Positions 1-8,694 of a stretch of 64,000 nt of DNA are shown here, one piece after another. The stretch's first letter is position 1. Every line of letters starts with the position of its first letter. The notes beneath the pieces were generated by a model, which was not told the DNA's origin, did no database searches, and saw only the letters and a program-made list of their open reading frames with translations. Origin of the DNA: Kitasatospora sp. NPDC096147 (GTDB lineage: Bacteria > Actinomycetota > Actinomycetes > Streptomycetales > Streptomycetaceae); NCBI RefSeq assembly GCF_044763225.1, contig NZ_JBIWFX010000002.1, positions 487,080-551,079 of the forward strand, given 5' to 3'. The translations under genes were made by a program, and so were the position numbers.

Positions 1-82
1 GTGCGGGGCGGCCCCTCCTCCCCCGGCCGCCCCGCACGAAGACCTTTCCGCCCGCACCACCGGCCCGAGCTGGAGCACCGAC

Positions 83-427
83 ATGCGAGTCGTGATCGTC
101 TGGTGGGACCTCGCCGATTCGAAGGCGGGCCTGGACGAACTCCGCGCCTTCCTCCGGGAGGAGGCGGTCGAGCGGTTCACCGGCCACCCCGGGCTGGTCC
201 GCAAGACCTGGATCTCCGACCGGGCGGCGAACCGCTGGGGCGCCGTCTTCCTCTGGGAGTCCGCCGAGGCGGCCGACCGGCCGATCCTCCCGCCCCGGGC
301 GGTGGAGCTGATCGGCTACCCGCCCACCCACCGTGCCGCCTTCGACGTGGAGGCCACCGTGGAGGGTGCGGCGCACCTGCTGGCAGCCCTGCCCGGGCTC
401 GGGCTGGCGCACGATCCGGAGAGTTGA
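83..427 (+). CDS. YdhR-like small putative monooxygenase (ABM/Dabb-fold)
   Basis: 114-aa ORF with an ATG start. Its length and the FLWESAEAA / GxxKTW topology resemble the YdhR family. Codon usage is GC3-biased like its neighbours. Confidence 0.45.
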   Translation: MRVVIVWWDLADSKAGLDELRAFLREEAVERFTGHPGLVRKTWISDRAANRWGAVFLWESAEAADRPILPPRAVELIGYPPTHRAAFDVEATVEGAAHLLAALPGLGLAHDPES

Positions 428-571
428 CGCTCCGTCATGTCGGTTCCCGTCGCTGCCCGTTCCGCGCGGATCCGTCGAAGTAACGTAGCCCACCGCCGGG
501 TTGGCCCCGCTCTGGCGAGGCTCCAGTGGGCGGGCACTAGGATGGCACTCGTTCCGAACCGGGGAGGGCCG

Positions 572-1270
572 ATGGCGGCAGTACCGCTCCGGCGGCTACG
601 GGCAGCCGCCGTCAACATCGACGGTGTCATGCTGGACGACACCTTCAGCCCGGTGATCCACCACTTCGTCACCAGCCGGGGCGGCGCCTACACGGCCGAC
701 GTGGAGCGCCGGATCTTCTCGCAGAACCAGCGGCAGGCCGCCGAGGTCGCCGCCGAGGCGGCCGGTCTGGACTGGCCGGTCGAGCAGGTGCTGGAGGTCT
801 ACTTCCAGGAGCGCGCCGAGTACCTGGAGCGCCACCCGCTCCGGGTGCTGGACGGCGCCCCCGCGATGGTGGCCCGGCTGCGAGCCCTCGGGCTGCGCAC
901 CGTCTGCTACGGCGGCCTGGCCCGGCCGCACTTCGACCGCTTCCTCGGCGAGCACGCCGGGCTGTTCGACGATCCGGTCTACGTCTGCACCGACGCCTTC
1001 CGTCCCGGGGTCCGGGAGATCGTCACGGACGTGCTGGGGCTGGAGTTCGACGAGGTGCTCTTCATCGACGACGTGGCCCGGGTGGCCGAGACCGCGCGAG
1101 GGTTGGGCGCGGCGTTCATCGGTCACCCGAGCGGGTTCGAGCACGGCTTCCAGCCGCAGCTGATGAGGGCGGCCGGGGTCCGTCACCTGGCGGCCTCGCC
1201 GGCCGGGGTGGACGAGTGGCTGGTGCGCACGGTGGACGAGGAGTCCGCCAACGGGAAGCTCTGGGGCTGA
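572..1270 (+). CDS. HAD-superfamily hydrolase/phosphatase, candidate autoregulator-phosphate phosphatase
   Basis: The ORF (starts possible at 542 or 572) has HAD-like motifs, LFIDDV and GAAFIG. It ends 60 bp from the stop of the convergent AfsA-like gene. Confidence 0.6.
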   Translation: MAAVPLRRLRAAAVNIDGVMLDDTFSPVIHHFVTSRGGAYTADVERRIFSQNQRQAAEVAAEAAGLDWPVEQVLEVYFQERAEYLERHPLRVLDGAPAMVARLRALGLRTVCYGGLARPHFDRFLGEHAGLFDDPVYVCTDAFRPGVREIVTDVLGLEFDEVLFIDDVARVAETARGLGAAFIGHPSGFEHGFQPQLMRAAGVRHLAASPAGVDEWLVRTVDEESANGKLWG

Positions 1271-1330
1271 CTGCCGCAGGCGGACCGGGCAGACCGGGCG
1301 GACCCGACGGGCAGAGGTGCCGACGGTCGG

Positions 1331-2401
1331 TCAGGCCGGGCTGCAGACCCACGGGTGGCTGAGCTCGGCGCTCGCCCGGCTCTGGCCGTAGGCGTCGCCG
1401 CTGCTCCGGGTGCCGTTGAGCAGGCAGGTCGGCACGGTCAGGGTGCTGGTGAAGACCGTCCGTCCCTCCTGCTCGGCGCGGACCGCGACGGTGCGCCGGT
1501 TCGGGTGCTCGGCCGGCCGCTCGGTCGCCTCGATGAAACAGGGCGAGTCGAACTCCACGTAGTGGGTGAACTCGGAGTCGGCCGAGGAGACCAGGGTGGC
1601 CTCCGGCACCAGGATCCGGGCGGCCTGCCGGGCCGCCTCCAGCATCACCATGCCGGGCACGTGGTCGCCGGGGTGGTCGAAGAGCACCGGGTGCCGGGTG
1701 TCCAGCCGCAGCTGCCAGCGGTTCGTCTCGCCGATGCCGGAGAGCACCACGTCCTGCGGGGTCAGCCGCCCGACCAGCGCGGGCTCCACCGGCGGGGCCG
1801 GCTGGAGGTGCGCGGCGGGCGGGGTGATCCGGTTGTCCCGCACCCGGCGGTAGACCTCGGGGCTCATGAAGGTGGCGCTCACGTTGGCCACCGCCGCGAT
1901 CTGACCGTCCCTCAGGATCGTCATCTGGTACCGCAGGCCGGCCACCCGGCGGCCGTGCTGCCTGGTCACCGTGGTGCTGACCAGGACCTCCAGCTCAGCC
2001 GGGGTGTCCCGGACGGTGAGCTGGTGCAGGACGGCGGTGAACTCCAGGTCGTGCAGCAGAAATCGGCTCGTGAGAGGTACGGCGAACTCGGCGTGGGCGA
2101 GTAGAGTACCGACCTGCCGGATGGTTTCTGCTATGAGAGTGGAGTCGTGGTGAAGTCCATCGGGCGAGCTGAAGAAGCTGTGACCACGCGGCCACTGGGC
2201 GGAGACCGAGAAGAACCGGTCGTCGATCCGGCGCCAACGGGTCAGCAGCACCTCGGCCACGGCAGCGCGGTGCACCAGCTCCTTGGGCACCGTGGTGGTG
2301 AAAGACGCAGGTGGGGCCAGTAGGGAGTGCAGGGAAGTGGTGCTTGTCGGATGGTGCACCGCCTCGGCTCCGAGTGCGGTGGTCGAAAGCAGGTCGGACA
2401 T
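1331..2401 (-). CDS. afsA: AfsA/ScbA-family autoregulator (gamma-butyrolactone/butenolide/furan) synthase, two hotdog-fold repeats
   Basis: The translation aligns by eye along its whole length with ScbA/AfsA. Shared segments are ELVHR..V.EVLLT near the N-terminus and HP.LFDHPGDHVPGMVMLEAARQAA...EFDSPC in the second repeat. The start is chosen at MSDLL, which leaves a short N-terminal extension relative to ScbA. Confidence 0.8.
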   Translation of the reverse strand: MSDLLSTTALGAEAVHHPTSTTSLHSLLAPPASFTTTVPKELVHRAAVAEVLLTRWRRIDDRFFSVSAQWPRGHSFFSSPDGLHHDSTLIAETIRQVGTLLAHAEFAVPLTSRFLLHDLEFTAVLHQLTVRDTPAELEVLVSTTVTRQHGRRVAGLRYQMTILRDGQIAAVANVSATFMSPEVYRRVRDNRITPPAAHLQPAPPVEPALVGRLTPQDVVLSGIGETNRWQLRLDTRHPVLFDHPGDHVPGMVMLEAARQAARILVPEATLVSSADSEFTHYVEFDSPCFIEATERPAEHPNRRTVAVRAEQEGRTVFTSTLTVPTCLLNGTRSSGDAYGQSRASAELSHPWVCSPA

Positions 2402-2455
2402 GGTCCCCCCCAAAGGATCACTGTCAACGGACGGCGACGACGCGCAACAGGCACT

Positions 2456-2481
2456 TACAATACAGGGCAGCCGGTTTATTT
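2456..2481. promoter_or_regulatory. Candidate ARE (autoregulatory element) in the divergent afsA / receptor intergenic region
   Basis: TACAATACAGGGCAGCCGGTTTATTT matches the ARE consensus TNANAWACNNACYNNNCGGTTTKTTT at 17 of 20 specified positions, including CGGTTT.TTT. It lies between divergent afsA-like and TetR receptor genes. Confidence 0.35.
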
Positions 2482-2562
2482 GTAGACCCTGATACCTCGA
2501 ACTCCGGCAGTAGTTGACCTGCCTGTCATGAACAGATCAATGCAAGACGGGAGAGACCAGCC

Positions 2563-3198
2563 ATGGCACAGCAGGAACGTGCAGTTCAGACCAGGAGAAG
2601 CATCCTGCTCGGCGCGGCCCAGGTGTTCGACGAGTACGGATATGACGCCGCCTCGATCAAGGAGATCCTGGCGCGGGCGCAGGTGACGAAGGGGGCGCTC
2701 TACTTCCACTTTCCTTCGAAGGAGGAGTTGGCCCGCGGAGTCCTGCAGGAACAGACGGTCTATCTGGACATTCCGGATAACGTCTCCAAGCTCCAGGAAT
2801 TGATCGACCTGACGATGGCGGTGGCGCACATGCTGCCGGTCGACCCATTGTTGCGGGCCGGCCTGCGCCTGGCCATGGAGCGCGGCTCGGTGGACTTCTC
2901 CGAGAGCAATCCGCTGCTCGCCTGGGCGCGGATCTGCGGTGAGCTGCTGGAGGAGGCCAAGCTGCGCGGCGAGGTGCTGACCCAGGTGGAGGGCAAGGAG
3001 ACGGCCGAGATGCTGGTCGCCAGCTTCGCCGGGGTGCAGACCTTCTCGCAGGCGACCACCGGGCTGAGCGACATGGAGGAGCGGGTCTCGGTGCTCTGGC
3101 GCCACCTGCTGCCCACCATCGCGCTGCCGGCCACCCTGGTGCGGCTGGATGCCCAGCCGGGGCGCGGGGCGAAGGTGGTGCAGCAGATCGTCGGCTGA
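2563..3198 (+). CDS. TetR-family gamma-butyrolactone receptor (ScbR/ArpA-like)
   Basis: The N-terminus MAQQERAVQTRRSILLGAAQVFDEYGYDAASIKEILARAQVTKGALYFHFPSKEELA is near-collinear with ScbR/ArpA HTH regions. The gene is divergent from afsA-like. Confidence 0.8.
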   Translation: MAQQERAVQTRRSILLGAAQVFDEYGYDAASIKEILARAQVTKGALYFHFPSKEELARGVLQEQTVYLDIPDNVSKLQELIDLTMAVAHMLPVDPLLRAGLRLAMERGSVDFSESNPLLAWARICGELLEEAKLRGEVLTQVEGKETAEMLVASFAGVQTFSQATTGLSDMEERVSVLWRHLLPTIALPATLVRLDAQPGRGAKVVQQIVG

Positions 3199-3282
3199 GT
3201 GGTGCACGGGGGAGCGGTGCCCGGACGGCGGAGGGGCGGACACTCCGTCAGGCCGGGCCCCCGGCCGGGGCGTTCACGGCGG

Positions 3283-3365
3283 GTCACTCCACGGGGGAGA
3301 AGGACGCCGGGCCGTCCACGGGGGAGCAGGGCGCCGGGCCGTCCACGGGGGAGCGGGGCGTCACC
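3283..3365. repeat. 27-bp tandem repeat (~3 copies) encoding an SPVDGPA(P/S) tail
   Basis: tccacgggggag[aag/cag/cgg]g[a/g]cgccgggccg repeats three times. It is in frame at the 3' end of the pseudo-receptor gene. Confidence 0.7.
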
Positions 3366-3967
3366 CGCAGACCGGCCAGCTGATCGGCCGGGACCAGTAA
3401 GGGGAGGACGGCCTCCCAGAGCCGGGTGATCACCTTCGGGTCCAGCCAGTTCCGGTCCCGCCGGGCGATGATCTCCACCCCGGCGGTGGCGGCGGCGAGC
3501 AGACCGGCCGCCTCCTCGACGCCGGCTCCGGAGTGCAGCCGTCCGGCGGTCGAGCAGCGGGTCAGCTCGCGGTTGACCAGCCGCACCCAGGCCGGGTGCG
3601 GATTCGGCCGCTGGTCCTCGGGCAGGCCGTTGTCGTCGGTGAGCCGCAGGCCGGCCCGGAAGACGATGTCGGTGGCGAGCAGGTGCGCCAGGCCGTGGCT
3701 GAGGTCGATCAAGTACTGGAGCGGGCATCCGGCGGAGTGCCGGGCCCGGCGGACGACCTCACGCAGTCCGCGCCTCGACTCCGCGATGACCGCTTCGGCC
3801 AGGAGTTCCTTGGAGCCGAAATGGAAGTAGAGCGCGCCCTTGGAGATCCCGGTCGGCCGGGTCACGTCGTTCAGACCGGTCGTCGCGAAGCCGACTTGAT
3901 CGAATGAGGCGGCAGCGGCCCTGATCAGAAGCTTGCGGGTGCGTTCGGCGCGTTCCTGACGGGCCAT
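3284..3967 (-). CDS. Second TetR-family receptor homologue (pseudo-receptor, ScbR2/MmyR-like) with repetitive Pro-rich C-terminal tail
   Basis: MARQERAERTRKLLIRAAAASFDQVGFATTGLNDVTRPTGISKGALYFHFGSKELLAEAV is a receptor-type HTH. It has a distinct ligand-domain sequence and the C-terminus SPVDGPAPCSPVDGPASFSPVE. Confidence 0.75.
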   Translation of the reverse strand: MARQERAERTRKLLIRAAAASFDQVGFATTGLNDVTRPTGISKGALYFHFGSKELLAEAVIAESRRGLREVVRRARHSAGCPLQYLIDLSHGLAHLLATDIVFRAGLRLTDDNGLPEDQRPNPHPAWVRLVNRELTRCSTAGRLHSGAGVEEAAGLLAAATAGVEIIARRDRNWLDPKVITRLWEAVLPLLVPADQLAGLRVTPRSPVDGPAPCSPVDGPASFSPVE

Positions 3968-4047
3968 CGAGGATCCTCCCTGGCGGCCCACGGCGGCCTC
4001 GCGCGAAGACCCCGGTTTGCTGAGTGTTCATCTCCGGGGGTAGCGTA

Positions 4048-4070
4048 ACAAACCGCTTACCCGGTATTTC
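4048..4070. promoter_or_regulatory. Candidate receptor operator upstream of the pseudo-receptor gene
   Basis: ACAAACCGCTTACCCGGTATTTC contains inverted half sites AAACCG and CGGTAT. This resembles the ArpA half-site CGGT(A/T)(T/C). It sits in the promoter region of the minus-strand TetR gene. Confidence 0.3.
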
Positions 4071-4250
4071 TAAGGTCTGTCATGTTCCCCCTGGTGACCT
4101 TGCGCTGCCTGCGCGTAAGATGACGGAGTCTCTAAAACCAACCAGTCGGTTCTGTACTGTTATCCATCACCAGCATCTCGCTGCCTGGCTGCGGCGCCGT
4201 CCGGCGCCCGGCTGCCACCAGGTGGCGACACGGAGGAGGGGACGGGGGCT

Positions 4251-5465
4251 GTGGAAGGTGTTAGCGAGAAGAACGTTCCTGAGCACATCTGGGGCGACGT
4301 GGCGGACGACTTCGTCACCGAGTTCTCCCGCCGGATGCTGGCCTCGCTGAAGCGGCGCGACCAGCGGGCGCGGGGAGAGTGGTACATCTCGGGGCTGCTC
4401 TCGGTCCAGGGCCGCAAGTCCATGCGGGCCTTAGCCGCAGTGGCCGGATACGGGGCCGCCGAGCAGAGTCTGCACCACTTCATCAGTGACTCGTCCTGGC
4501 GTTGGGCTCCGGTCCGCCAGGCCCTGGCCAAGCACCTGGACCGGGTCCTGCTCCCGCAGGCCTGGGTGCTCAACTCGATGGCCATCCCGAAGGCCGGCGA
4601 GCACTCGGTCGGTGTGGAGGAGTCCTTCCGGACCGAGCTCGGCCGGGTGGTCAACAGCCAGCAGGCGTACGGCGTCTGGCTGGCCAGCGAGGACATGAGC
4701 GCTCCGGTGAACTGGGGCCTGGTGCTGCCGGCCGACTGGCTGGCCAACGAGGAACGGCGCAAGCGCGCGAAGATCCCGGACGAGGTCTCGGCCACCACCC
4801 CGGAGCTCTGCGCGGTCAACAGCGTGGTCGAACTGGCCGGTCCGGACTGGGGCTTGCGCCGCCGTCCGGCGGTGCTGGACGCCCGGGAGCTCGACGCGGC
4901 CACCCTGGTCGAGGAGTTCTGCCGGCGCGGGGTGCCGTTCGTGATGCGGGTGAGCGGCTCGACCAGGCTGGTCGGCTTCGACGGCAGCCTGCCCGGTCGG
5001 GGTGAACGGGTCTTCCAGGCCCAGCAGTTGATCGAGTGGGCGAAGCGGTTCTCCCGGCCGGTCGGCTGGGTGGACCCGGACTACTCGATCACCCGCTCGA
5101 TCCTGGTCAGCGGTACCCGGGTGACCATGCCGACGGTCCGCAGGCCCGGCATGCTGGTCCCGCCGGAGCGCGCGCTGGCCCTGGTCGGCGGATGGTCCGG
5201 CTCGAAGGGCAAGCCCGCCGAGCTCTGGCTGTCCAACCTGGTGGACGTGCCGCCGGTCGCCCTGCTCCGGCTGGGGCGGCTCACCCGGCGGGTGGCCAAG
5301 GACTTCGCCGAGGTCTCCGGCCGGGTCGGGATGCGGGACTTCGAGGGCCGCAGCTACGCCGGCTGGCACCGGCACGCGACCCTCTGCTCGGTGGCGCACG
5401 CGATCTCGGTGCTCTCCACCGCGCGGCGCCAGGGCTTCGACAAGTCGCAGGAGCTGTCGGCCTGA
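4251..5465 (+). CDS. IS701-like DDE transposase (DDE_5 type), possibly a solo or domesticated copy
   Basis: 404-aa ORF ending ...EGRSYAGWHRHATLCSVAHAISVL. The GWHRH.TL motif is typical of IS701-family transposases. No terminal inverted repeats were identified by eye. Confidence 0.55.
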   Translation: MEGVSEKNVPEHIWGDVADDFVTEFSRRMLASLKRRDQRARGEWYISGLLSVQGRKSMRALAAVAGYGAAEQSLHHFISDSSWRWAPVRQALAKHLDRVLLPQAWVLNSMAIPKAGEHSVGVEESFRTELGRVVNSQQAYGVWLASEDMSAPVNWGLVLPADWLANEERRKRAKIPDEVSATTPELCAVNSVVELAGPDWGLRRRPAVLDARELDAATLVEEFCRRGVPFVMRVSGSTRLVGFDGSLPGRGERVFQAQQLIEWAKRFSRPVGWVDPDYSITRSILVSGTRVTMPTVRRPGMLVPPERALALVGGWSGSKGKPAELWLSNLVDVPPVALLRLGRLTRRVAKDFAEVSGRVGMRDFEGRSYAGWHRHATLCSVAHAISVLSTARRQGFDKSQELSA

Positions 5466-5565
5466 TGGCGATCCGGGGGCGGGAGACGAGGACGGCCGGG
5501 GCGGCCGGTGCACGGGTGTGCGCCGGCCGGTCCCCGGCCGCCGTCCCGCTCGGCGGTGGCGAGGG

Positions 5566-5745
5566 TGCCGACGGCCGTGAGGGTGCCGGCCGTCGGAAGA
5601 ACGCGGGACGCCGTGAGGGCACCGGCTTCCGTGAGGGCACCGGCTTCCGTGAGGGCTCGGGAGGCCGTGAGAGCACCGGCTATCGGGAGAGTTCGGGCCG
5701 CCGTGAGGGCTCGGGCGGTCGGGAGGGCTCGGGTGGTCAGGCGAG
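5566..5745. repeat. Degenerate 18-bp tandem repeat array (~10 units, cgtgagggcaccggcttc-like)
   Basis: Units such as ccgtgagggcaccggcttc (two of them identical) then ccgtgagggctcgggaggc, ccgtgagagcaccggctat, cgggagagttcgggccgc, cgtgagggctcgggcggt and cgggagggctcgggtggt. It sits just 3' of the transposase gene. In one frame it would read REGTGF/REGSGG. Confidence 0.7.
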
Positions 5746-5812
5746 CCAGGGTCGTCATGAGGGCCTCGGCCGCCAAGGCGGCTCCGAGGGCGGCGGCGAG
5801 GCCGCGGCGCGG

Positions 5813-6688
5813 TCAGTCCGCGCGGCGGAGCAGCTCCTCCTGGGCGGCCCGGCGCAGCGCCGCGACCGGCACGTCGCTCCGGCCGGTGAGCAACTCCAGC
5901 TGCCGGGCGGCCTGGTGGACCGCGAAGGAGACCCCGTCCACCACGGTGGAGCCCGCGAAGCCGGCCGCCTTGACCAGCCGGGTCGGCCAGGCCGAGGTGA
6001 CCACGTCGAAGACGGCGGCCCGGGAGTGCATCACTGCGGCGGCGAAGGCGTCGGCTCCGCCGGCCGGCAGGGTGGAGATCACCAGTCCGGCGCCGGGCAG
6101 CAGCTGCTCCAGGCTGCCGAAGGTGTGCACGTCCACGGCGATGCCGAGCCGGCCGGCTGCGGCGGTGGCCTCGGCCGCCCGGCTGCGTTCGCGGACCACC
6201 ACCGAGGGCTCCAGCACGCCGAGTTCGCGCAGTGCGGCCAGCGCCGAGCAGGCCGTGGCGCCGCCGCCGAGCACGACCGCCGAGCCGGGTGAAGTGACCC
6301 CGGCCTCGCGCATCGCGGTGAGCATCCCGTACACGTCGGTGCTCTCGCCGTGGCTGCGTCCGCGGCGGAACACCACGGTGTTCACCCCGCCGACGTCCAG
6401 CCCCAGGTCGGAGACCTCGTCGATCAGCGGCAGTACGGCCCGCTTGAGCGGCATGCCGAGCGCGAGACCGGCCCAGCCGCCCTCCAACCCGGCGAGCACG
6501 TGCGGGAGTTCGGTCTCGTCGCACTCGATGTTCTGGTACGACCAGTCCAGGCCCATGGCGGTCAGGCCGGCCCGGTGCAGGGCGGCGGTGATGGACTGGC
6601 CGACGGGGGAGCCGAGCACCGCGGTGCGGCGGGCGGCCTGGCGGGGCGGCGTGCTGCTCTCCAGCACGGGGGGCTGTGCGATGCGCAT
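5813..6688 (-). CDS. aroE: Shikimate dehydrogenase family (AroE-like), extra copy
   Basis: MRIAQPP..AVLGSPVGQSITAALHRAGL...MPLKRAV...GGVNTV...VVLGGGATACSALAAL matches the AroE N-terminal substrate and NADP-binding topology. The start is chosen at the ATG at 6688. Confidence 0.7.
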   Translation of the reverse strand: MRIAQPPVLESSTPPRQAARRTAVLGSPVGQSITAALHRAGLTAMGLDWSYQNIECDETELPHVLAGLEGGWAGLALGMPLKRAVLPLIDEVSDLGLDVGGVNTVVFRRGRSHGESTDVYGMLTAMREAGVTSPGSAVVLGGGATACSALAALRELGVLEPSVVVRERSRAAEATAAAGRLGIAVDVHTFGSLEQLLPGAGLVISTLPAGGADAFAAAVMHSRAAVFDVVTSAWPTRLVKAAGFAGSTVVDGVSFAVHQAARQLELLTGRSDVPVAALRRAAQEELLRRAD

Positions 6689-6993
6689 CGTCGTACTCCT
6701 TTCGCCAGGGGGGAACGGCCTACCGGACGGGCAGGTTCCACTCACTGTCCCGGTGTCAGCCCAGCTTAGGTAGCACCCCGCCGGAACGGGCGGGCCGGTT
6801 GACACAGAGTCACGTTCGAGGACGACCTGACGGGATTCCCGGCACACTCCGTCACGCACCGTGGAATGACATGCCCACGATGCTATTTGCCTGGTAATCG
6901 GATAGCTGACATGGTCCCGAACCTACGTTTGATAGGTCGTGTAAAGGATCCGCAGGCTTCCCGTCGGGTTGATCGAACGATCGCCCGAGCGTA

Positions 6994-7010
6994 GTCGACG
7001 TGTCGTCGAC
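6994..7010. promoter_or_regulatory. Perfect inverted repeat GTCGACG-TGT-CGTCGAC ~20 bp upstream of the multicopper oxidase start
   Basis: 7-bp arms with a 3-bp spacer, in the lower-GC divergent intergenic region between aroE-like and the MCO gene. Confidence 0.3.
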
Positions 7011-7030
7011 GGTACGGGAACGGGGAGCCG

Positions 7031-8509
7031 ATGCTGTCACGTAGGAACGTCCTGAAGACCGGTGTGCTCACCACGGGGGTGGTCGGAGCGGCCGGACTGG
7101 CCAGCCCGGTGCTCGGCCGGCGGGACGCGGAGGCGGCCGAGCCGGCCGGCGGCGCGGGGCCCGAGGCGATCGGCGCACCTGCGGTGATCCCGCAGTTCGC
7201 GGTCCCGCTCACGGTGCCGCCGGTGCTCTCGCCGCTGCTCTCCAGTGGCACCACCGACTACTACCTGATGACCATGAAGAAGCTGTCGAAGGAGGTGGTG
7301 CCGGGCAAGCGGACCGAACTCCTCGGCTACAACGGGCTGGTGCCCGGCCCCACCATCCGGGCCAGGAAGGGCCGCCGGGTGGTGATCCGGCAGACCAACC
7401 TGCTGGACACGCCGGTCTCGGTGCACCTGCACGGCGCCGAGGTGCCGGTGGACAGCGACGGCGCGCCGATGGACACCATCGCCCCCGGTGGCAGCAAGGT
7501 CTATACGTACCCCAACAACCAGCCGGCCGCGCCGCTGTGGATCCACGACCACGCCCACCACCACGAGTCGGAGCACGTCTACCGGGGGCTCTCCTCGGTC
7601 TACCTGATCGGCGACGACAACGAGCAGTCGCTGGGCCTGCCGTCCGGCCCGTACGACGTGCCGCTGGTGATCCGGGACGGCCGGTACGACGAGAACGGCC
7701 AACTCGTCTACATCATGGACGACTTCAGGAACCGCACCACCATCACGGTGAACGGCTCCCCGTGGCCGTACCTCCGGGTCGCGGCCCGCAAGTACCGCTT
7801 CCGGGTGCTCAATTCGGCGAACACCAGATTCCTCTCGCTCCGGCTCTCGAACGGCGGCACCTTCACCCAGATCGGGGTGGACGGGGGGCTGCTGGAAGCC
7901 CCGCACGAGACCGCCGTGCTGCCGGTGTCACCCGGTGAGCGGGCCGACGTGGTGATCGACTTCTCCCGCTACCCGGTCGGCACCCAGCTGGTGCTGGAGA
8001 ACACCCTCGGGCCCGGGCCGGTCGAGCAGGTCGGGAAGGTGATGCGCTTCGACGTGGTCCGCACCGCGTCCGACGACTCCACCGTGCCGGCCCGGCTGGC
8101 CACCCTGCCCACCCCGCTGCCGGCCACCGTCAGCCGGAGCTTCGTGCTGCGGATGGACGAGGACGGCCGGGCCGAGCCGCAGGCGTACATCAACGGACGG
8201 AGCTTCGACCAGGCCCGGATCGACGTCCGGATCCCCTGGGGCTCGACCGAGGTGTGGACGGTGTCCAACGCCAACACCACCGCCCCGCACAACTTCCACC
8301 TGCACCTGGTGCAGTTCCGCGTCCTGGAGCGGAACGGGCAGCCGCCGGCCCCGGGCGAGGCCGGACTCAAGGACACCGTCCGGGTGCTGGCGGGGGAGAC
8401 GGTCAAGCTGCTGATCAGCTTCCGGAGCTACCGGGGCGTGTACGCCTACCACTGCCACATGTTCGACCACGGAGCGATGGGAATGATGGGGCAGATGGAG
8501 ATCTACTGA
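7031..8509 (+). CDS. Tat-secreted multicopper oxidase (laccase-like)
   Basis: Twin-arginine signal MLSRRNVLKTG. Copper-binding motifs are HLHG, HDHAHHH and HCHMFDHGAMGMMG. Confidence 0.85.
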   Translation: MLSRRNVLKTGVLTTGVVGAAGLASPVLGRRDAEAAEPAGGAGPEAIGAPAVIPQFAVPLTVPPVLSPLLSSGTTDYYLMTMKKLSKEVVPGKRTELLGYNGLVPGPTIRARKGRRVVIRQTNLLDTPVSVHLHGAEVPVDSDGAPMDTIAPGGSKVYTYPNNQPAAPLWIHDHAHHHESEHVYRGLSSVYLIGDDNEQSLGLPSGPYDVPLVIRDGRYDENGQLVYIMDDFRNRTTITVNGSPWPYLRVAARKYRFRVLNSANTRFLSLRLSNGGTFTQIGVDGGLLEAPHETAVLPVSPGERADVVIDFSRYPVGTQLVLENTLGPGPVEQVGKVMRFDVVRTASDDSTVPARLATLPTPLPATVSRSFVLRMDEDGRAEPQAYINGRSFDQARIDVRIPWGSTEVWTVSNANTTAPHNFHLHLVQFRVLERNGQPPAPGEAGLKDTVRVLAGETVKLLISFRSYRGVYAYHCHMFDHGAMGMMGQMEIY

Positions 8510-8694
8510 GACTTCCGGGAGAGCCGGTCGGTACTTCCGGATCCACGGGCGATCTGACGGACCGTGCCACCGGCAGTGGCAGATCGGGACGAGGTGATGG
8601 AGTCGCCCGGCCACGGTTGCCGGTCCGCACGCCCGCGCGGGAGAGTCGTGCGCGACGCGCTCGCACGACGAACTCGGGGAATGGGGGAGCGGCC

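Noticed and set aside
1-483. 160-aa ORF at the window start (1-483) overlapping the YdhR-like gene
   Set aside because: Arg/Pro/Gly-rich alternate frame. The 83-427 frame gives a coherent small-protein sequence.
4431-6524. 697-aa minus-strand ORF and the overlapping 418-aa plus-strand ORF (5036-6292)
   Set aside because: - Arg/Gly/Pro/Ala-rich low-complexity translations, antisense to the transposase and aroE genes or spanning intergenic repeats.
- These are typical stop-codon-poor alternate frames of 72% GC DNA.
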